NCBI RefSeq assembly: GCF_000007145.1
Contig: NC_003902.1
Span: 2,546,497-2,578,496 of the forward strand
Length of the DNA: 32,000 bases
Origin: Xanthomonas campestris pv. campestris str. ATCC 33913
GTDB lineage: Bacteria; Pseudomonadota; Gammaproteobacteria; Xanthomonadales; Xanthomonadaceae
Direction: 5' to 3'
Below are positions 1 through 12,177 of this stretch, in pieces. Position 1 is the stretch's first letter, and every line of letters starts with the position of its first letter. The translations under genes were made by a program, and so were the position numbers. The notes below the pieces were generated by a model. That model was not told where the DNA came from. It searched no databases and was given only the letters and a program-made list of their open reading frames with translations.

Positions 1-396
1 GCCGCCGCACAGCAGGTACACCGGAAGAAATAGCGGGCCGAGCAGCATGTATTGATACACGTGCGCGCGCTCGTGATCGCCGAGCCGCACCGCCGGGTGC
101 ACGCAGCGACCGGCGGCATGCGCATAAGTGGCGCATTGCAACTCCAACGATGCGCCCTTCAACAAGATGACATTGCCCAACGTCATCGCCCCGCCCGGCC
201 CCCATGGCCAGGCATGGAAGACCACTGCGCGCTCAGTGGCTGACCAGCGCGGCCGCGCGCCAAAACAGGCGCCCAACGTACCGATCGCCAGCCCGATCAG
301 CGTGTTCGGCAACGTCCACAGCGCACCCAGTACCTGCAGCGCGCCCAGCCAGCGCGGGACGCGGCTCAGTCGGCCTGATTCGGGATCAGCAGCCAC
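1..396 (-). CDS. hypothetical membrane protein with an HExxH motif (5' part only; the gene runs off the window start)
   Basis: Absent from the ORF track because it is open to the window edge. Manual minus-strand translation gives ...SRVPRWLGALQVLGALWTLPNTLIGLAIGTLGACFGARPRWSATERAVVFHAWPWGPGGAMTLGNVILLKGASLELQCATYAHAAGRCVHPAVRLGDHERAHVYQYMLLGPLFLPVYLLCGG. There is no in-frame stop and G/C third-position bias is strong. The start is uncertain: an in-frame GTG at 396 would overlap the pspC 3' end, and no ATG lies near it. Confidence 0.4.
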   Translation of the reverse strand, partial: MAADPESGRLSRVPRWLGALQVLGALWTLPNTLIGLAIGTLGACFGARPRWSATERAVVFHAWPWGPGGAMTLGNVILLKGASLELQCATYAHAAGRCVHPAVRLGDHERAHVYQYMLLGPLFLPVYLLCGG

Positions 397-566
397 AGGA
401 TCAGGTAGACCAGGATGCCGGGAAATGCAGCCGAAGCGATCGACACGATCACGAACAGGATGCGCAGCAGGGTCGAGCTCCAGCCGAAGCGGCGCGCGAT
501 GCCGCCGACGACGCCGGCAATCATGCGGTCGTTGAGGGAACGGGACAGTGCAGTGGTGGTGGACAT
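366..566 (-). CDS. PspC-domain membrane protein (stand-alone, 66 aa)
   Basis: The ORF MSTTTALSRSLNDRMIAGVVGGIARRFGWSSTLLRILFVIVSIASAAFPGILVYLILWLLIP matches the PspC-domain pattern: R-x-DRMIAGV-GG-A-F, then one TM helix ending LWLLIP. Confidence 0.85.
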   Translation of the reverse strand: MSTTTALSRSLNDRMIAGVVGGIARRFGWSSTLLRILFVIVSIASAAFPGILVYLILWLLIPNQAD

Positions 567-668
567 GAGCAGCCTCCTGGAATGTATCTCACAGTGTAGG
601 CAGGCCAGCTACAGCGGATCGTGACGGCACGCGTGCGTGACGCACGCCCACCCCGTTGCATCACTGCG

Positions 669-1745
669 TCAACCGTTGCCGCCACGCGCCTGCAGCCAGC
701 GATGGATCGCCACGGGCACCTCGCGCTGTGCACGGCCCGAGACGTAGATGCCGATGTGCCCACCGCGAAAGCTCAGCTCGGTGTAGTCCTCGCTGCCCAC
801 CAACCCACGCAGGGCGCGCGAGGCATCGGGCGGCACCAGGTGATCGTGCTCGGCATAGATGTTGAGCACCGGCATGTCGACAGCGTGCAGATCCACCGCC
901 TGCCCGCCGATACGCACATCGCCGGTGACCAGGCCGTTGCGCTGGTAGAACTGGGTGACGAATTCGCGGAACGCTTCGCCGGCCAGGTCGGGCGAATCGA
1001 AGATCCATTTTTCCATGCGCAGGAAGTCCTCCAGCGCCTGCTTGTCATCGAGGATGTCGAGCAGCCCCACGTATTTTTGCAGGTTGAGCCGGAACGGCTT
1101 GAGCATCAGGTAACTGGCATTCATCAGATCCGCAGGCACATTGCCCATGGTGTCGACGAACAGATCCACATCGACCATGCGCGCCCAGTTGGAGAGCATG
1201 TTGTCGGGGGTGTGGAAATCCACCGGCGTGACCATGGTGATGAGATTGCGGATCTTGGCGCGCTCCAGCGCGGCATAGCAGAGCGCAAACGTGCCGCCCT
1301 GGCAGATGCCGAGCACGTCCACCGCCTCCAGACCCGACGCCGCACGCAGATGGTCCACCGCGCCATCGATGTAGCGCAGTAGATAGTCTTCCAGCGTGAG
1401 ATAGCGTTCGGAGCGGTCCGGATACCCCCAATCCAGTACGTAGACGTCCTGGCCGTGACCGAGCAGGCCCTTGACCAGCGAACGATCGGCCTGCAGGTCC
1501 ACCATGTACGGCCGGTTGACCAGCGCATAGACGATCAGCAACGGCGTACGCGCCACCGGCGCGGCATCGCCGACGAACCGGTACAGCACCACCTTGCCGT
1601 CGCGCCAGACTTCCTGCCGTTCGGTGACGCCGTAATCCACGTCCTCCACGCCGGGCAGCAGCTTGAGCCCTTCGCGCAGCTTGCGCTGCATCGACAAGGT
1701 CTCCTGCATCAGGTCCTCGGCACTGAATCCCAACGGGCCCTTCAT
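669..1745 (-). CDS. phaC: class III poly(3-hydroxyalkanoate) synthase, catalytic subunit PhaC
   Basis: 358 aa, the roughly 40 kDa class III size. It has an alpha/beta-hydrolase fold with a lipase-box-like GICQGG carrying the catalytic Cys. An ATGA overlap (1742-1745) joins it to the upstream phaE-like gene. Confidence 0.93.
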   Translation of the reverse strand: MKGPLGFSAEDLMQETLSMQRKLREGLKLLPGVEDVDYGVTERQEVWRDGKVVLYRFVGDAAPVARTPLLIVYALVNRPYMVDLQADRSLVKGLLGHGQDVYVLDWGYPDRSERYLTLEDYLLRYIDGAVDHLRAASGLEAVDVLGICQGGTFALCYAALERAKIRNLITMVTPVDFHTPDNMLSNWARMVDVDLFVDTMGNVPADLMNASYLMLKPFRLNLQKYVGLLDILDDKQALEDFLRMEKWIFDSPDLAGEAFREFVTQFYQRNGLVTGDVRIGGQAVDLHAVDMPVLNIYAEHDHLVPPDASRALRGLVGSEDYTELSFRGGHIGIYVSGRAQREVPVAIHRWLQARGGNG

Positions 1746-2905
1746 GGCTTGCCTCCGCTCGGTGCGCGCGCCGGCGACTTGGAAGTCTTGGTCGCCTTCT
1801 TTGCAGCCGGTCGCGTGTTGGATGCTTTCGGTCTGGATGTCTCTGGCGCAGCTGCTGTCTGGCGCGTGGCGCGCTTGGCTGGCGCGGCCTCAGGCGGGGT
1901 TGTTGGCTGGGCAGCCGCACGTGGCGGTGCGCTGGCAGCGGCGACTGGCGCCGGGCCCGCATCAGGCTTGGGCGCGGACGCCGCAGCCGGCTTGGCTTGC
2001 GCGCCACGCAGCATGCGACGCACCGCCCGCTCCAGCTCGGCAATACGCCGATGCGCGGCATCCATCTCGGAACGGGTCGGCATGCCGAAGCGCTCGCTCA
2101 CCTGTTCCACTTCCTGTTGCAGGGCCGCGCGCAGCCGCATGTGCGCGTTGGCAAAGCCGCCGTAGACCTCGCGGAACTGATCCGACAACGCCACGTCCGC
2201 ATACGATTCTTCAGCCGCTTCGATCCACAGATCGAACAAGGCGCGCGCGCTGGTCAGCTGGCTGCCACTGGTTTCGTGTTCGCTCAACTTGCGTTCGAAG
2301 CGCGCAAACGCCTGGTCGATCGCTGCCTTGAGCTGCTCGGCATAGGCCTGCGACTGCGCCTGGTAATCCTGCTGCGCGCGGGCCAAGGTCTGCCAGCGTG
2401 ATTGATGATTGCGATTGAGGCCGAAGGCCGGCATCTCCAGCCAGGCGGCATTGTCTTCGCGCCAGCGCTGCAACGCCTGCGCGGCTTCTTGCAACCACGG
2501 ATCGAAGCCGCCCTTGCTGCCGCCATGCAGCGAGCCCAGCGTCCATTGCATCAATTGCTCGCCCTGCCCTTGCACGGCGTGCCGCCAGGCGTCGGAGACC
2601 GCGCTGGCAGAGGTATCGCGACCGGCGAACTGCGCGGCCACCTGCTGCATGGTGCCGTACCAGTCCCCGGCCTGGGTACGGAAGCGGTTGATCGCCTCCT
2701 GCGCCTGCGGGGCGGCCTGCGTGGGCAACACCTGCGACCACCAGTCGACCGCCTTGCGCCAGTCCTGCGGCGTCTCGCCAGCCGGGCCCGGCGGCGGTTG
2801 CGCGGCGGAAGCGGACTGGCCGTGGCGCATGGCATCTCCCCAGGCGCTCCAGTATTGGCGCGCCTTGTCTTCGAAGTTGCCGTTGTCCGAACCGCTGGTT
2901 GTCAT
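1742..2905 (-). CDS. phaE: class III PHA synthase subunit PhaE with a long Ala/Pro/Lys-rich C-terminal tail
   Basis: 387 aa. The N-terminal two thirds (QYWSAWGDAM..., WWSQVLP..., FDLWIEAAEESYA..., FREVYGGFANAHMRL) are PhaE-like. It is translationally coupled to phaC. A GGGAG sits 7 nt upstream of the ATG at 2905. Confidence 0.8.
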   Translation of the reverse strand: MTTSGSDNGNFEDKARQYWSAWGDAMRHGQSASAAQPPPGPAGETPQDWRKAVDWWSQVLPTQAAPQAQEAINRFRTQAGDWYGTMQQVAAQFAGRDTSASAVSDAWRHAVQGQGEQLMQWTLGSLHGGSKGGFDPWLQEAAQALQRWREDNAAWLEMPAFGLNRNHQSRWQTLARAQQDYQAQSQAYAEQLKAAIDQAFARFERKLSEHETSGSQLTSARALFDLWIEAAEESYADVALSDQFREVYGGFANAHMRLRAALQQEVEQVSERFGMPTRSEMDAAHRRIAELERAVRRMLRGAQAKPAAASAPKPDAGPAPVAAASAPPRAAAQPTTPPEAAPAKRATRQTAAAPETSRPKASNTRPAAKKATKTSKSPARAPSGGKP

Positions 2906-2964
2906 CGTCCACTCCCGTGGCTGGTCTACCCAGCCATCCTACCGCGTGTGTTCCGCCGCACCGG

Positions 2965-3579
2965 TCAGGGCTTGGGGATGCGCAGCGTCTTGCTGATCAT
3001 CAGCGAGCCGGACACCGCGAACAGCAGCACCAGCGGGTGGAATTGCCAGGGCCCGAGCTGCCACTGCCCCCACCACAACGTCTGGCCGATATGCCCGGTG
3101 CTGGCCGCCACCGCCAGCAGGATCACCAGCACCAGGCTGGTGGGGATCGGTGTGCCTTCGAAATACGGCACCTTGTCGGCCTCGCCGGCGATCTCTTCGG
3201 CGGTCACGTTGTAGCGCGCCAGCCGGCTCACGCCGCAGCAGACGAAATAACTGAGCACCAGCCAGTCCCAGCCGCCGCGCATGCCGCAGGCATAGCCAAG
3301 CGCGGCTGGCGCCACGCCGAACGAAATCACGTCGGCCAACGAATCCAGCTCGCGGCCCAGCGTCGAGGACGCCTTGCGCCAGCGCGCCACGTGACCGTCC
3401 AGCGCATCGAAGACGAAGGCCAGCGGAATCAGCGCCATGCCCAGCAACAGGTCGCCGCGGTGGCCTTCCTGCAGAAACCGCATGGCCGCAAACACCGCCC
3501 CGGTGCCGCAAAAGGCGTTTGCCAGCGTGAACCAGTCTGCGAGTTGAAAGTCGCGCAGCATCGAAAAATGGCGTTTCAT
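2965..3579 (-). CDS. pssA: CDP-alcohol phosphatidyltransferase family protein, phosphatidylserine synthase-like
   Basis: The family motif D-G-x2-A-R...G-x3-D-x3-D is present as DALDGHVARWRKASSTLGRELDSLAD, and the protein has multiple TM helices. I moved the start to the ATG at 3579 (MKRHFSMLRDF...) because the 39 upstream codons of the track ORF look non-coding. Confidence 0.82.
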   Translation of the reverse strand: MKRHFSMLRDFQLADWFTLANAFCGTGAVFAAMRFLQEGHRGDLLLGMALIPLAFVFDALDGHVARWRKASSTLGRELDSLADVISFGVAPAALGYACGMRGGWDWLVLSYFVCCGVSRLARYNVTAEEIAGEADKVPYFEGTPIPTSLVLVILLAVAASTGHIGQTLWWGQWQLGPWQFHPLVLLFAVSGSLMISKTLRIPKP

Positions 3580-3707
3580 GCGGAACCTGAGGGCATCGAG
3601 GCGCAAAGGGTAACGCGCGCGCGACGCGCAGGCGACCGTTTCAACGTGCTCGGCTACCCTGGCGGCCACTGGCACCGTTTCAGTGCCGCATTCCACGAGG
3701 ACACCCG

Positions 3708-4466
3708 ATGCGCAGCATCCTGATCACCGGTGCCGGCAGCGGCATCGGCGCCGGCCTGGCCACCGTTCTTGCCGCCGACGGCCACCACCTGCTGGTGAGC
3801 GACGCCGACCTGGCCGCGGCCGAGCAGACCACCCAGCAGGTGCGTGCGGCCGGCGGATCGGCCGAGGCCCTGGTACTGGACGTCACCGACGAGCACAGCA
3901 TTGCCCAGGCACTGGCGGCCGCCGCGCGCGCGCCCGAGGTGTTGGTCAACAACGCCGGCCTGCAGCACGTTGCGCCGCTGGAGGAGTTCCCGATGCAGCG
4001 CTGGGCGCTGCTGGTGGACGTGATGCTGACCGGTGCCGCACGTCTCAGCCGCGCGGTGCTGCCGGGCATGCGTGCGGGCGGCTACGGGCGCATCGTCAAC
4101 ATCGGCAGCATCCATTCGCTGGTGGCCAGCCCTTACAAGAGCGCCTACGTGGCTGCCAAGCATGGGCTGATCGGGCTGTCCAAGGTGCTCGCGCTGGAAA
4201 CCGCCGACTGCGACATCACCGCCAACACGCTGTGCCCCAGCTATGTGCGCACGCCGCTGGTGGAGCGGCAGATCGCCGACCAGGCACGCACGCGCGGCAT
4301 TGCCGAAGACGCGGTGATCCGCGAGGTGATGCTCAAGCCGATGCCCAAAGGCGCCTTCATCGAGTACGACGAACTGGCCGGCACCGTGGCCTTCCTGATG
4401 TCGCACGCGGCGCGTAATCTCACCGGCCAGGCCATCGCCATCGACGGTGGCTGGACCGCGCAATGA
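3708..4466 (+). CDS. bdhA: 3-hydroxybutyrate dehydrogenase (short-chain dehydrogenase/reductase)
   Basis: SDR signatures are present: TGAGSGIG, NNAG and S...YKSAYVAAKHG. The length (252 aa) and the C-terminal half (CPSYVRTPLVERQI...) are typical of BDH. It is divergent from the PHA synthase operon. A GAGGA sits 7 nt upstream of the ATG. Confidence 0.8.
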   Translation: MRSILITGAGSGIGAGLATVLAADGHHLLVSDADLAAAEQTTQQVRAAGGSAEALVLDVTDEHSIAQALAAAARAPEVLVNNAGLQHVAPLEEFPMQRWALLVDVMLTGAARLSRAVLPGMRAGGYGRIVNIGSIHSLVASPYKSAYVAAKHGLIGLSKVLALETADCDITANTLCPSYVRTPLVERQIADQARTRGIAEDAVIREVMLKPMPKGAFIEYDELAGTVAFLMSHAARNLTGQAIAIDGGWTAQ

Positions 4467-4527
4467 AGCGGTGGCGAAATTTTCACCAGGGCTCTTGACA
4501 GCCAGATGGGGCAAGGCCTGCACACGG

Positions 4528-4573
4528 TTGTCCACAGACTTGCGCAACTTCCATCCACAGGGGGTGTGGAGAA
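4528..4573. promoter_or_regulatory. cluster of three DnaA-box-like 9-mers
   Basis: TTGTCCACA at 4528-4536 (+), CCATCCACA at 4551-4559 (+), and TGTGGAGAA at 4565-4573 (TTCTCCACA on the minus strand). The last two are head-to-head around GGGGG. See findings. Confidence 0.3.
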
Positions 4574-4674
4574 GTTGGCAAAGCCGGTGCGGTGGGCTTC
4601 ACAGTTCGGCCGTCAGTGATGGCTAAGCCCAGTCACCGAGATTGCATGCTTGCGCCGCAGACCGCGCGCAACCC

Positions 4675-5163
4675 TCACACGCGCGAATACGACCACGACT
4701 GCATGCGCCCGTCCCGGTACGGCATCACGCCATGGAACGGACGCGGGTCGCCATCGAACACCAGCGGCAGGAAGTTGCGGTCGCCCTCCCACATCGGCAC
4801 CTGGTCCATCTGCGCAATGGGGACCCATTCCAGGGTGCCTTCGGGGTTGGAGGTTTGCGGCGTGCCGTCGAAGCTGTGGATCAGGAACACGAATCCCAGC
4901 CAGTCCTCGCCCTGCTTGCCGAAGCCCGGCCAGCTGATGGTGCCGCGCAGCTGCATCTGGCCGCATTCCACGCCGGCTTCCTCGCGGATTTCGCGGCGCA
5001 TGCAGGCCAACACATCTTCATCGGCTTCCAGTTTGCCGCCGAGCCCGTTGTACTTGCCCAGGTGATGATCCCCGGGGCGGGCGTTGCGATGGATCATCAG
5101 TACCTGGGTGCCATCCGGCGACAGCAGGTAGCCGAGCGTGGCGACAATCGGGGTATGCGGCAT
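4675..5163 (-). CDS. NUDIX hydrolase
   Basis: The Nudix box GGKLEADEDVLACMRREIREEAGV fits G-x5-E-x7-REUxEExGU. The protein is 162 aa. Confidence 0.9.
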   Translation of the reverse strand: MPHTPIVATLGYLLSPDGTQVLMIHRNARPGDHHLGKYNGLGGKLEADEDVLACMRREIREEAGVECGQMQLRGTISWPGFGKQGEDWLGFVFLIHSFDGTPQTSNPEGTLEWVPIAQMDQVPMWEGDRNFLPLVFDGDPRPFHGVMPYRDGRMQSWSYSRV

Positions 5164-5221
5164 GGCGAACGATCAGACACGAAGCACATCAGTATGACCG
5201 AAGCTGCGCGCCGCGCAGCGA

Positions 5222-5731
5222 TCAGCTGACAGCGGGCTGCGCATTGGCGCGCGGCGGCGCGACGTAGTCGGTGTCCAAGCGCAGCGTGGCGACGCCATGG
5301 CCGCGCTCGGCCAGATAATCCAGCCACTTGCCCAGGAACGTATTCATGCGCATGCGGTGGCTGATGAGCTCGGCAGGCGGCGGGAACATGCCCATGGTGT
5401 CCTGCCAGCGGCGGCCGACGTAGCAATGCGTGGTTTCGGCCTGGCGCGCATCCCGATACAAGCGCACGTATGCGGACGGGTCCGGCTCGCCGGTGACCGG
5501 GTCACACAGGTCGTAGGTCAGCCGCAGTTCCACCGTGTAGCGGTGGCATTCGATGACGTCCAGCCGCAGGTCCAGGCCGTCGCCGATCGAGGACACATAC
5601 GAACCCGGAGCGAGGTCGGCCGGCGCGAACAGCCGGGTGAGGTGCTGGAAGTTTTCCGCATACAGCCCCATCAGCCAGCCGAACCGGCTCAACTTGGGGA
5701 TGCGTTCGAGCTTACTCAGTGCTTGCGCCAT
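5222..5731 (-). CDS. DUF1249 (YqiB-like) family protein
   Basis: 169 aa. The sequence (LMGLYAENFQHL..., DVIECHRYTVELRLTY..., VRLYRDARQAE...) resembles the DUF1249 family that sits next to a Nudix gene in enterobacteria. Recognised from memory. Confidence 0.7.
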   Translation of the reverse strand: MAQALSKLERIPKLSRFGWLMGLYAENFQHLTRLFAPADLAPGSYVSSIGDGLDLRLDVIECHRYTVELRLTYDLCDPVTGEPDPSAYVRLYRDARQAETTHCYVGRRWQDTMGMFPPPAELISHRMRMNTFLGKWLDYLAERGHGVATLRLDTDYVAPPRANAQPAVS

Positions 5732-5936
5732 GCATCGATCCTACACGCTGGGCTGCCGCACGGGCAGCATTGACGGCGGCCGAAGGCCGGGCCACTCTTG
5801 GCGGAGCACTGCCCCGCCCGCTTCAATACGTCACCGGGTGCCGACCGGCCATACCGCGCCGCATTGCTGCAGTAAGCAGACAGTGGCGGCCTGCCCGCTT
5901 CAGCAATCCCGACTCCCGCCGCACCAATCCCCGCTC

Positions 5937-6758
5937 CTAGAACATCTCGCGCTGCAAGCCGAGCGTGGACAGCACCTTGCTGGAGATTTCCTCGATCGAG
6001 GTGTTGGTGGTGCTGAGGGTTGGAATCCGTTCCATCTGGAACATGCGCTCGGCCGTGGCCACCTCGCGGCGGCACGTCTCCGCTGCGCTGTAGCGCGAAT
6101 TGGCACGCCGCTCCTGGCGAATCTGTTGCAAACGCTCCGGGTCAATGGTCAGCCCAAACAACTTGCTGCGGTAGTTGCGTAGCCGGGGCGGCAAGCGTTC
6201 GCTTTCGAGGTCTTCTTCGGTCAACGGATAGTTGGCGGCGCGAATGCCGTAATGCAAGGCCAGGTAGATGCAGGTGGGCGTCTTGCCTGCGCGCGACACC
6301 GCCACCAGGATCACATCGGCTTCGTCGTAATTGAGCGCGATGCCATCGTCATGGCTGAGTGCGAAGTTCATCGCATTGATGCGGCGGTGATAGGTCTCGA
6401 AGTCGACCATGCCGTGCGCGCGACCCACGCGCGAATGACGCGGCGCGTTGAGCTCACGCTCCAGCGGTTCGATAAAGGGAGCAAACACATCCAGCATCAA
6501 TGCGCCGCTCTCGGCCAGGATCATGCTCAACTGTGGATCCACGCACGAATTCACCACCACCGGCCGCACCTGGTAACGCTCGCCTGCCGCGCGCGCACGC
6601 AGTGCTGCATCGCGCGCTTTGTCTGCATCATCGATGAACGACATACGGTCGGTGACAAAGTTGAACCCGCTGAACTGCGTGAGCAGGCTATGCCCAATCG
6701 TTTCAGCGGTGATACCGGTTCCATCGGACACGTAAAACACCGGCCGGATTGTTGACAT
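5937..6758 (-). CDS. ppsR: PEP synthase regulatory protein (pyruvate, water dikinase kinase/phosphotransferase)
   Basis: [29 protein letters not shown] plus the P-loop-like VSRAGKTP is classic DUF299/PpsR. I prefer the ATG at 6758 (273 aa), preceded by GAGGTGGAG, over the GTG at 6767. It is divergent from ppsA. Confidence 0.95.
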   Translation of the reverse strand: MSTIRPVFYVSDGTGITAETIGHSLLTQFSGFNFVTDRMSFIDDADKARDAALRARAAGERYQVRPVVVNSCVDPQLSMILAESGALMLDVFAPFIEPLERELNAPRHSRVGRAHGMVDFETYHRRINAMNFALSHDDGIALNYDEADVILVAVSRAGKTPTCIYLALHYGIRAANYPLTEEDLESERLPPRLRNYRSKLFGLTIDPERLQQIRQERRANSRYSAAETCRREVATAERMFQMERIPTLSTTNTSIEEISSKVLSTLGLQREMF

Positions 6759-6900
6759 CGACTCCACCTCTTTGAACTAGTGTCCAAAACTTACGGGTTC
6801 ATGCTTGTGCAGGCTCCGCTGTGCACTGCATCATAGCGGCTTCTTCCTACGGTCGCGGCCATTCAGCCCGCTCGGGCGATGGCCATACGGAGCATCGCGC

Positions 6901-9278
<2,378 letters not shown>

Positions 9279-9279
<1 letters not shown>

Positions 9280-10238
9280 TGGGAATGGTGGGTGGAGTGT
9301 TGGCGGCGGCTGCGGGAGCGGCCGCCGCAAAACCGGCGGCAGCGAAGTCGCCGGCCTTTGACTGGAGCAACCTCAATTGGGCGGAGTACGCGCTCAATTG
9401 CGGGTTGGCACTGCTCATCCTCGTGGTGGGCATGTGGCTGGCCAAGCAACTCAGCCAGTGGCTGCACCGCGCACTGACGCGGGCACGGGTCGAAATCACG
9501 TTGGCCAACTTCCTGCGCAACGTGTCGTATGCGTTGTTGCTGGTGCTGGTGTTCGTGAGCGCACTGAGCAAGATCGGCGTGCCGCCGACGTCGCTGATTG
9601 CGGTGCTCGGCGCGGCCGGTCTGGCAGTGGGTCTGGCGTTGAAGGACTCGCTGTCCAACATCGCTGCGGGCGTCATGCTGATCGTGCTGCGGCCGATGCG
9701 CGATGGCGACCACGTGGTGATTGCCGGCCAGGAAGGCATTGTCGATGAGATCCGGATCTTCCAGACCCGGATCAAGGCGTTCGACGAACGCATGATCACG
9801 CTACCCAACAGCACGATCACGACCGCACCCATCATCAATTACAGCACCCTGCCGACCCGCCGCCTGGAGGTCACCGTGGGCGTCGGCTACGGCGACGATT
9901 TGAAGAAGGCGCAGCAACTGCTGCTGCAGATTGCCAAGGACAACCCGAACGTCCTGGACACACCGGCGCCGTTCGTCCAGGTCACCAACCTGGGCGAGAG
10001 CACGGTGGATCTGATGCTGTTTGCTTACGCCAGCAACGGCAATTTCGGCGCGGCCAAGAGCACCACGCTGGAGCAGATCCGCGACCAGCTGCTGGAAAAC
10101 GGACTGAGCATCCCCTACCCGCAGCGCGACCTGCACGTGTATCACCACGATGCCGATGGCAAGCCGATCGCCGAGCTGCTGCGCAAGGGCGTCACCGACG
10201 ATGGCGATCTGACCAAGGGGCCGCCGCTGGCCCGTTGA
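9279..10238 (+). CDS. MscS-family mechanosensitive ion channel
   Basis: 319 aa with three TM helices. The conserved MscS core is GAAGLAVGLALKDSLSNIAAGVMLIVLRP...GDHV...G.V..I..F.T.I. The start overlaps the ppsA stop (TGATG). Confidence 0.9.
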
Positions 10239-10271
10239 GCCTACATTGGCACGCGTTGTAGTGAGTCAAAC

Positions 10272-10304
10272 AAAAGGGCCGCATTGATGATGCGGCCCTT
10301 TTTG
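10272..10304. terminator. bidirectional rho-independent terminator between the convergent MscS-like gene and orn
   Basis: Perfect 9-bp stem GGGCCGCAT (10276-10284) / ATGCGGCCC (10290-10298) with loop TGATG. It is flanked by CAAAA on the left and TTTTTG on the right. Confidence 0.85.
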
Positions 10305-10398
10305 TTACTGCGGGTGTCCGGTCAATAGGTGCGCGGTACAGCGATACGCTAGCCGCACGAATGCCGGAGCCTCGCAGCCGTGTTGCCAGTTGGGAACC

Positions 10399-10983
10399 TC
10401 AGTTCTGCACACCGCCGCCGTTATCGCCACCTAGCGTGCCCATGAACTGCCGGTAGTGCCGCAGCTCGTCGATGGAGTCGCGTACGTCGCTCAGCGCCGT
10501 ATGCGCCGAACTCTTGGCAAAGCCGGAGGCCACTGCCGGTGCCCATCGCCGCGCCAGTTCCTTGATGGTGGACACGTCCAGGTTGCGGTAGTGGAAGTAG
10601 CGCTCCAGGCGTGACATCTGGCGGTGCAGGAAACGGCGGTCCTGACAGATCGAATTGCCGCACATCGGCGAGGCGCCGGCGCGGATCCATTCGCTCAGGA
10701 AGGCCACTGTCTGCGCCTCGGCTTGCGCGTGGGTGACCTGGCTGTCGAGCACGCGTTGCCACAGGCCGGAGCGGCGGTGCTGGTTGCGGTTCCACTCGTC
10801 CATCGCTTCCAGGGTTTCCAGCGAATGGGCAATGGCCAGTTCCGGCCCCTCGGCGAGCACGTTCAACTGCGCATCGGTCACGATGGTGGCGATCTCGATG
10901 ATCGAATCGCGATCGGTATCCAGGCCGGTCATTTCCAGATCGATCCAGATCAGTCGGTCGTTGCCCGCAACGTTGTCTGCCAT
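10399..10983 (-). CDS. orn: oligoribonuclease
   Basis: [12 protein letters not shown] (DEDDh exo motif I), ICQDRRFL and the [19 protein letters not shown]-terminus are diagnostic. The protein is 194 aa. Confidence 0.95.
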   Translation of the reverse strand: MADNVAGNDRLIWIDLEMTGLDTDRDSIIEIATIVTDAQLNVLAEGPELAIAHSLETLEAMDEWNRNQHRRSGLWQRVLDSQVTHAQAEAQTVAFLSEWIRAGASPMCGNSICQDRRFLHRQMSRLERYFHYRNLDVSTIKELARRWAPAVASGFAKSSAHTALSDVRDSIDELRHYRQFMGTLGGDNGGGVQN

Positions 10984-11054
10984 ATCACCGTCCTGTGGAG
11001 GGCCGTTGCCGGCCGGGTGCTGAAAGGGCGCGCATCATACCGCGGCCATGCCGA

Positions 11055-12049
<995 letters not shown>

Positions 12050-12130
12050 CGCCTCCGGCGCAACTGCCGGGATGCGTAGTGTGAAGCACGGCGCCGATCA
12101 ATACGATTGAGATTGCCAATGCTCAACAGC

Positions 12131-12144
12131 ATAGCACTTGCTAT
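12131..12144. promoter_or_regulatory. putative MntR operator in the mntR-mntH divergent promoter region
   Basis: Perfect 14-bp palindrome ATAGCACTTGCTAT (ATAGC-N4-GCTAT), 34 bp upstream of the mntH ATG. It overlaps a TATATC -10-like hexamer (12142-12147). The core resembles described enterobacterial MntR boxes (from memory). Confidence 0.6.
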
Positions 12145-12177
12145 ATCATCGGCCGCGTCCCGTCTTTTCGCCCGCCC

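Noticed and set aside
636-652. The hairpin GCGTGCG-TGA-CGCACGC downstream of phaC as a terminator
   Set aside because: It is a 7-bp stem with a 3-nt loop and no following T-run on the minus strand. That is too weak to call a terminator.
1045-2061. A 338-aa minus-strand ORF overlapping phaC and phaE in another frame
   Set aside because: This is an alternative-frame artefact (Arg/Pro/Ala-rich). The phaC and phaE frames explain the region and are joined by an ATGA overlap.
3580-3696. The longer pssA start at 3696
   Set aside because: The added 39 residues are not hydrophobic or family-like, and they would intrude on the divergent bdhA promoter region. The ATG at 3579 gives a typical N-terminus.
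4495-4500. A TTGACA hexamer as a -35 element of a promoter downstream of bdhA
   Set aside because: No acceptable -10 hexamer lies 16-18 bp downstream, and no gene downstream is oriented to use it.
6805-6900. The TTG at 6805 as the ppsA start (824 aa)
   Set aside because: The extra 32 residues ([20 protein letters not shown]...) have no counterpart in PEP synthases. The TTG at 6901 with upstream GGAG gives the conserved N-terminus [11 protein letters not shown] and a 792-aa product.
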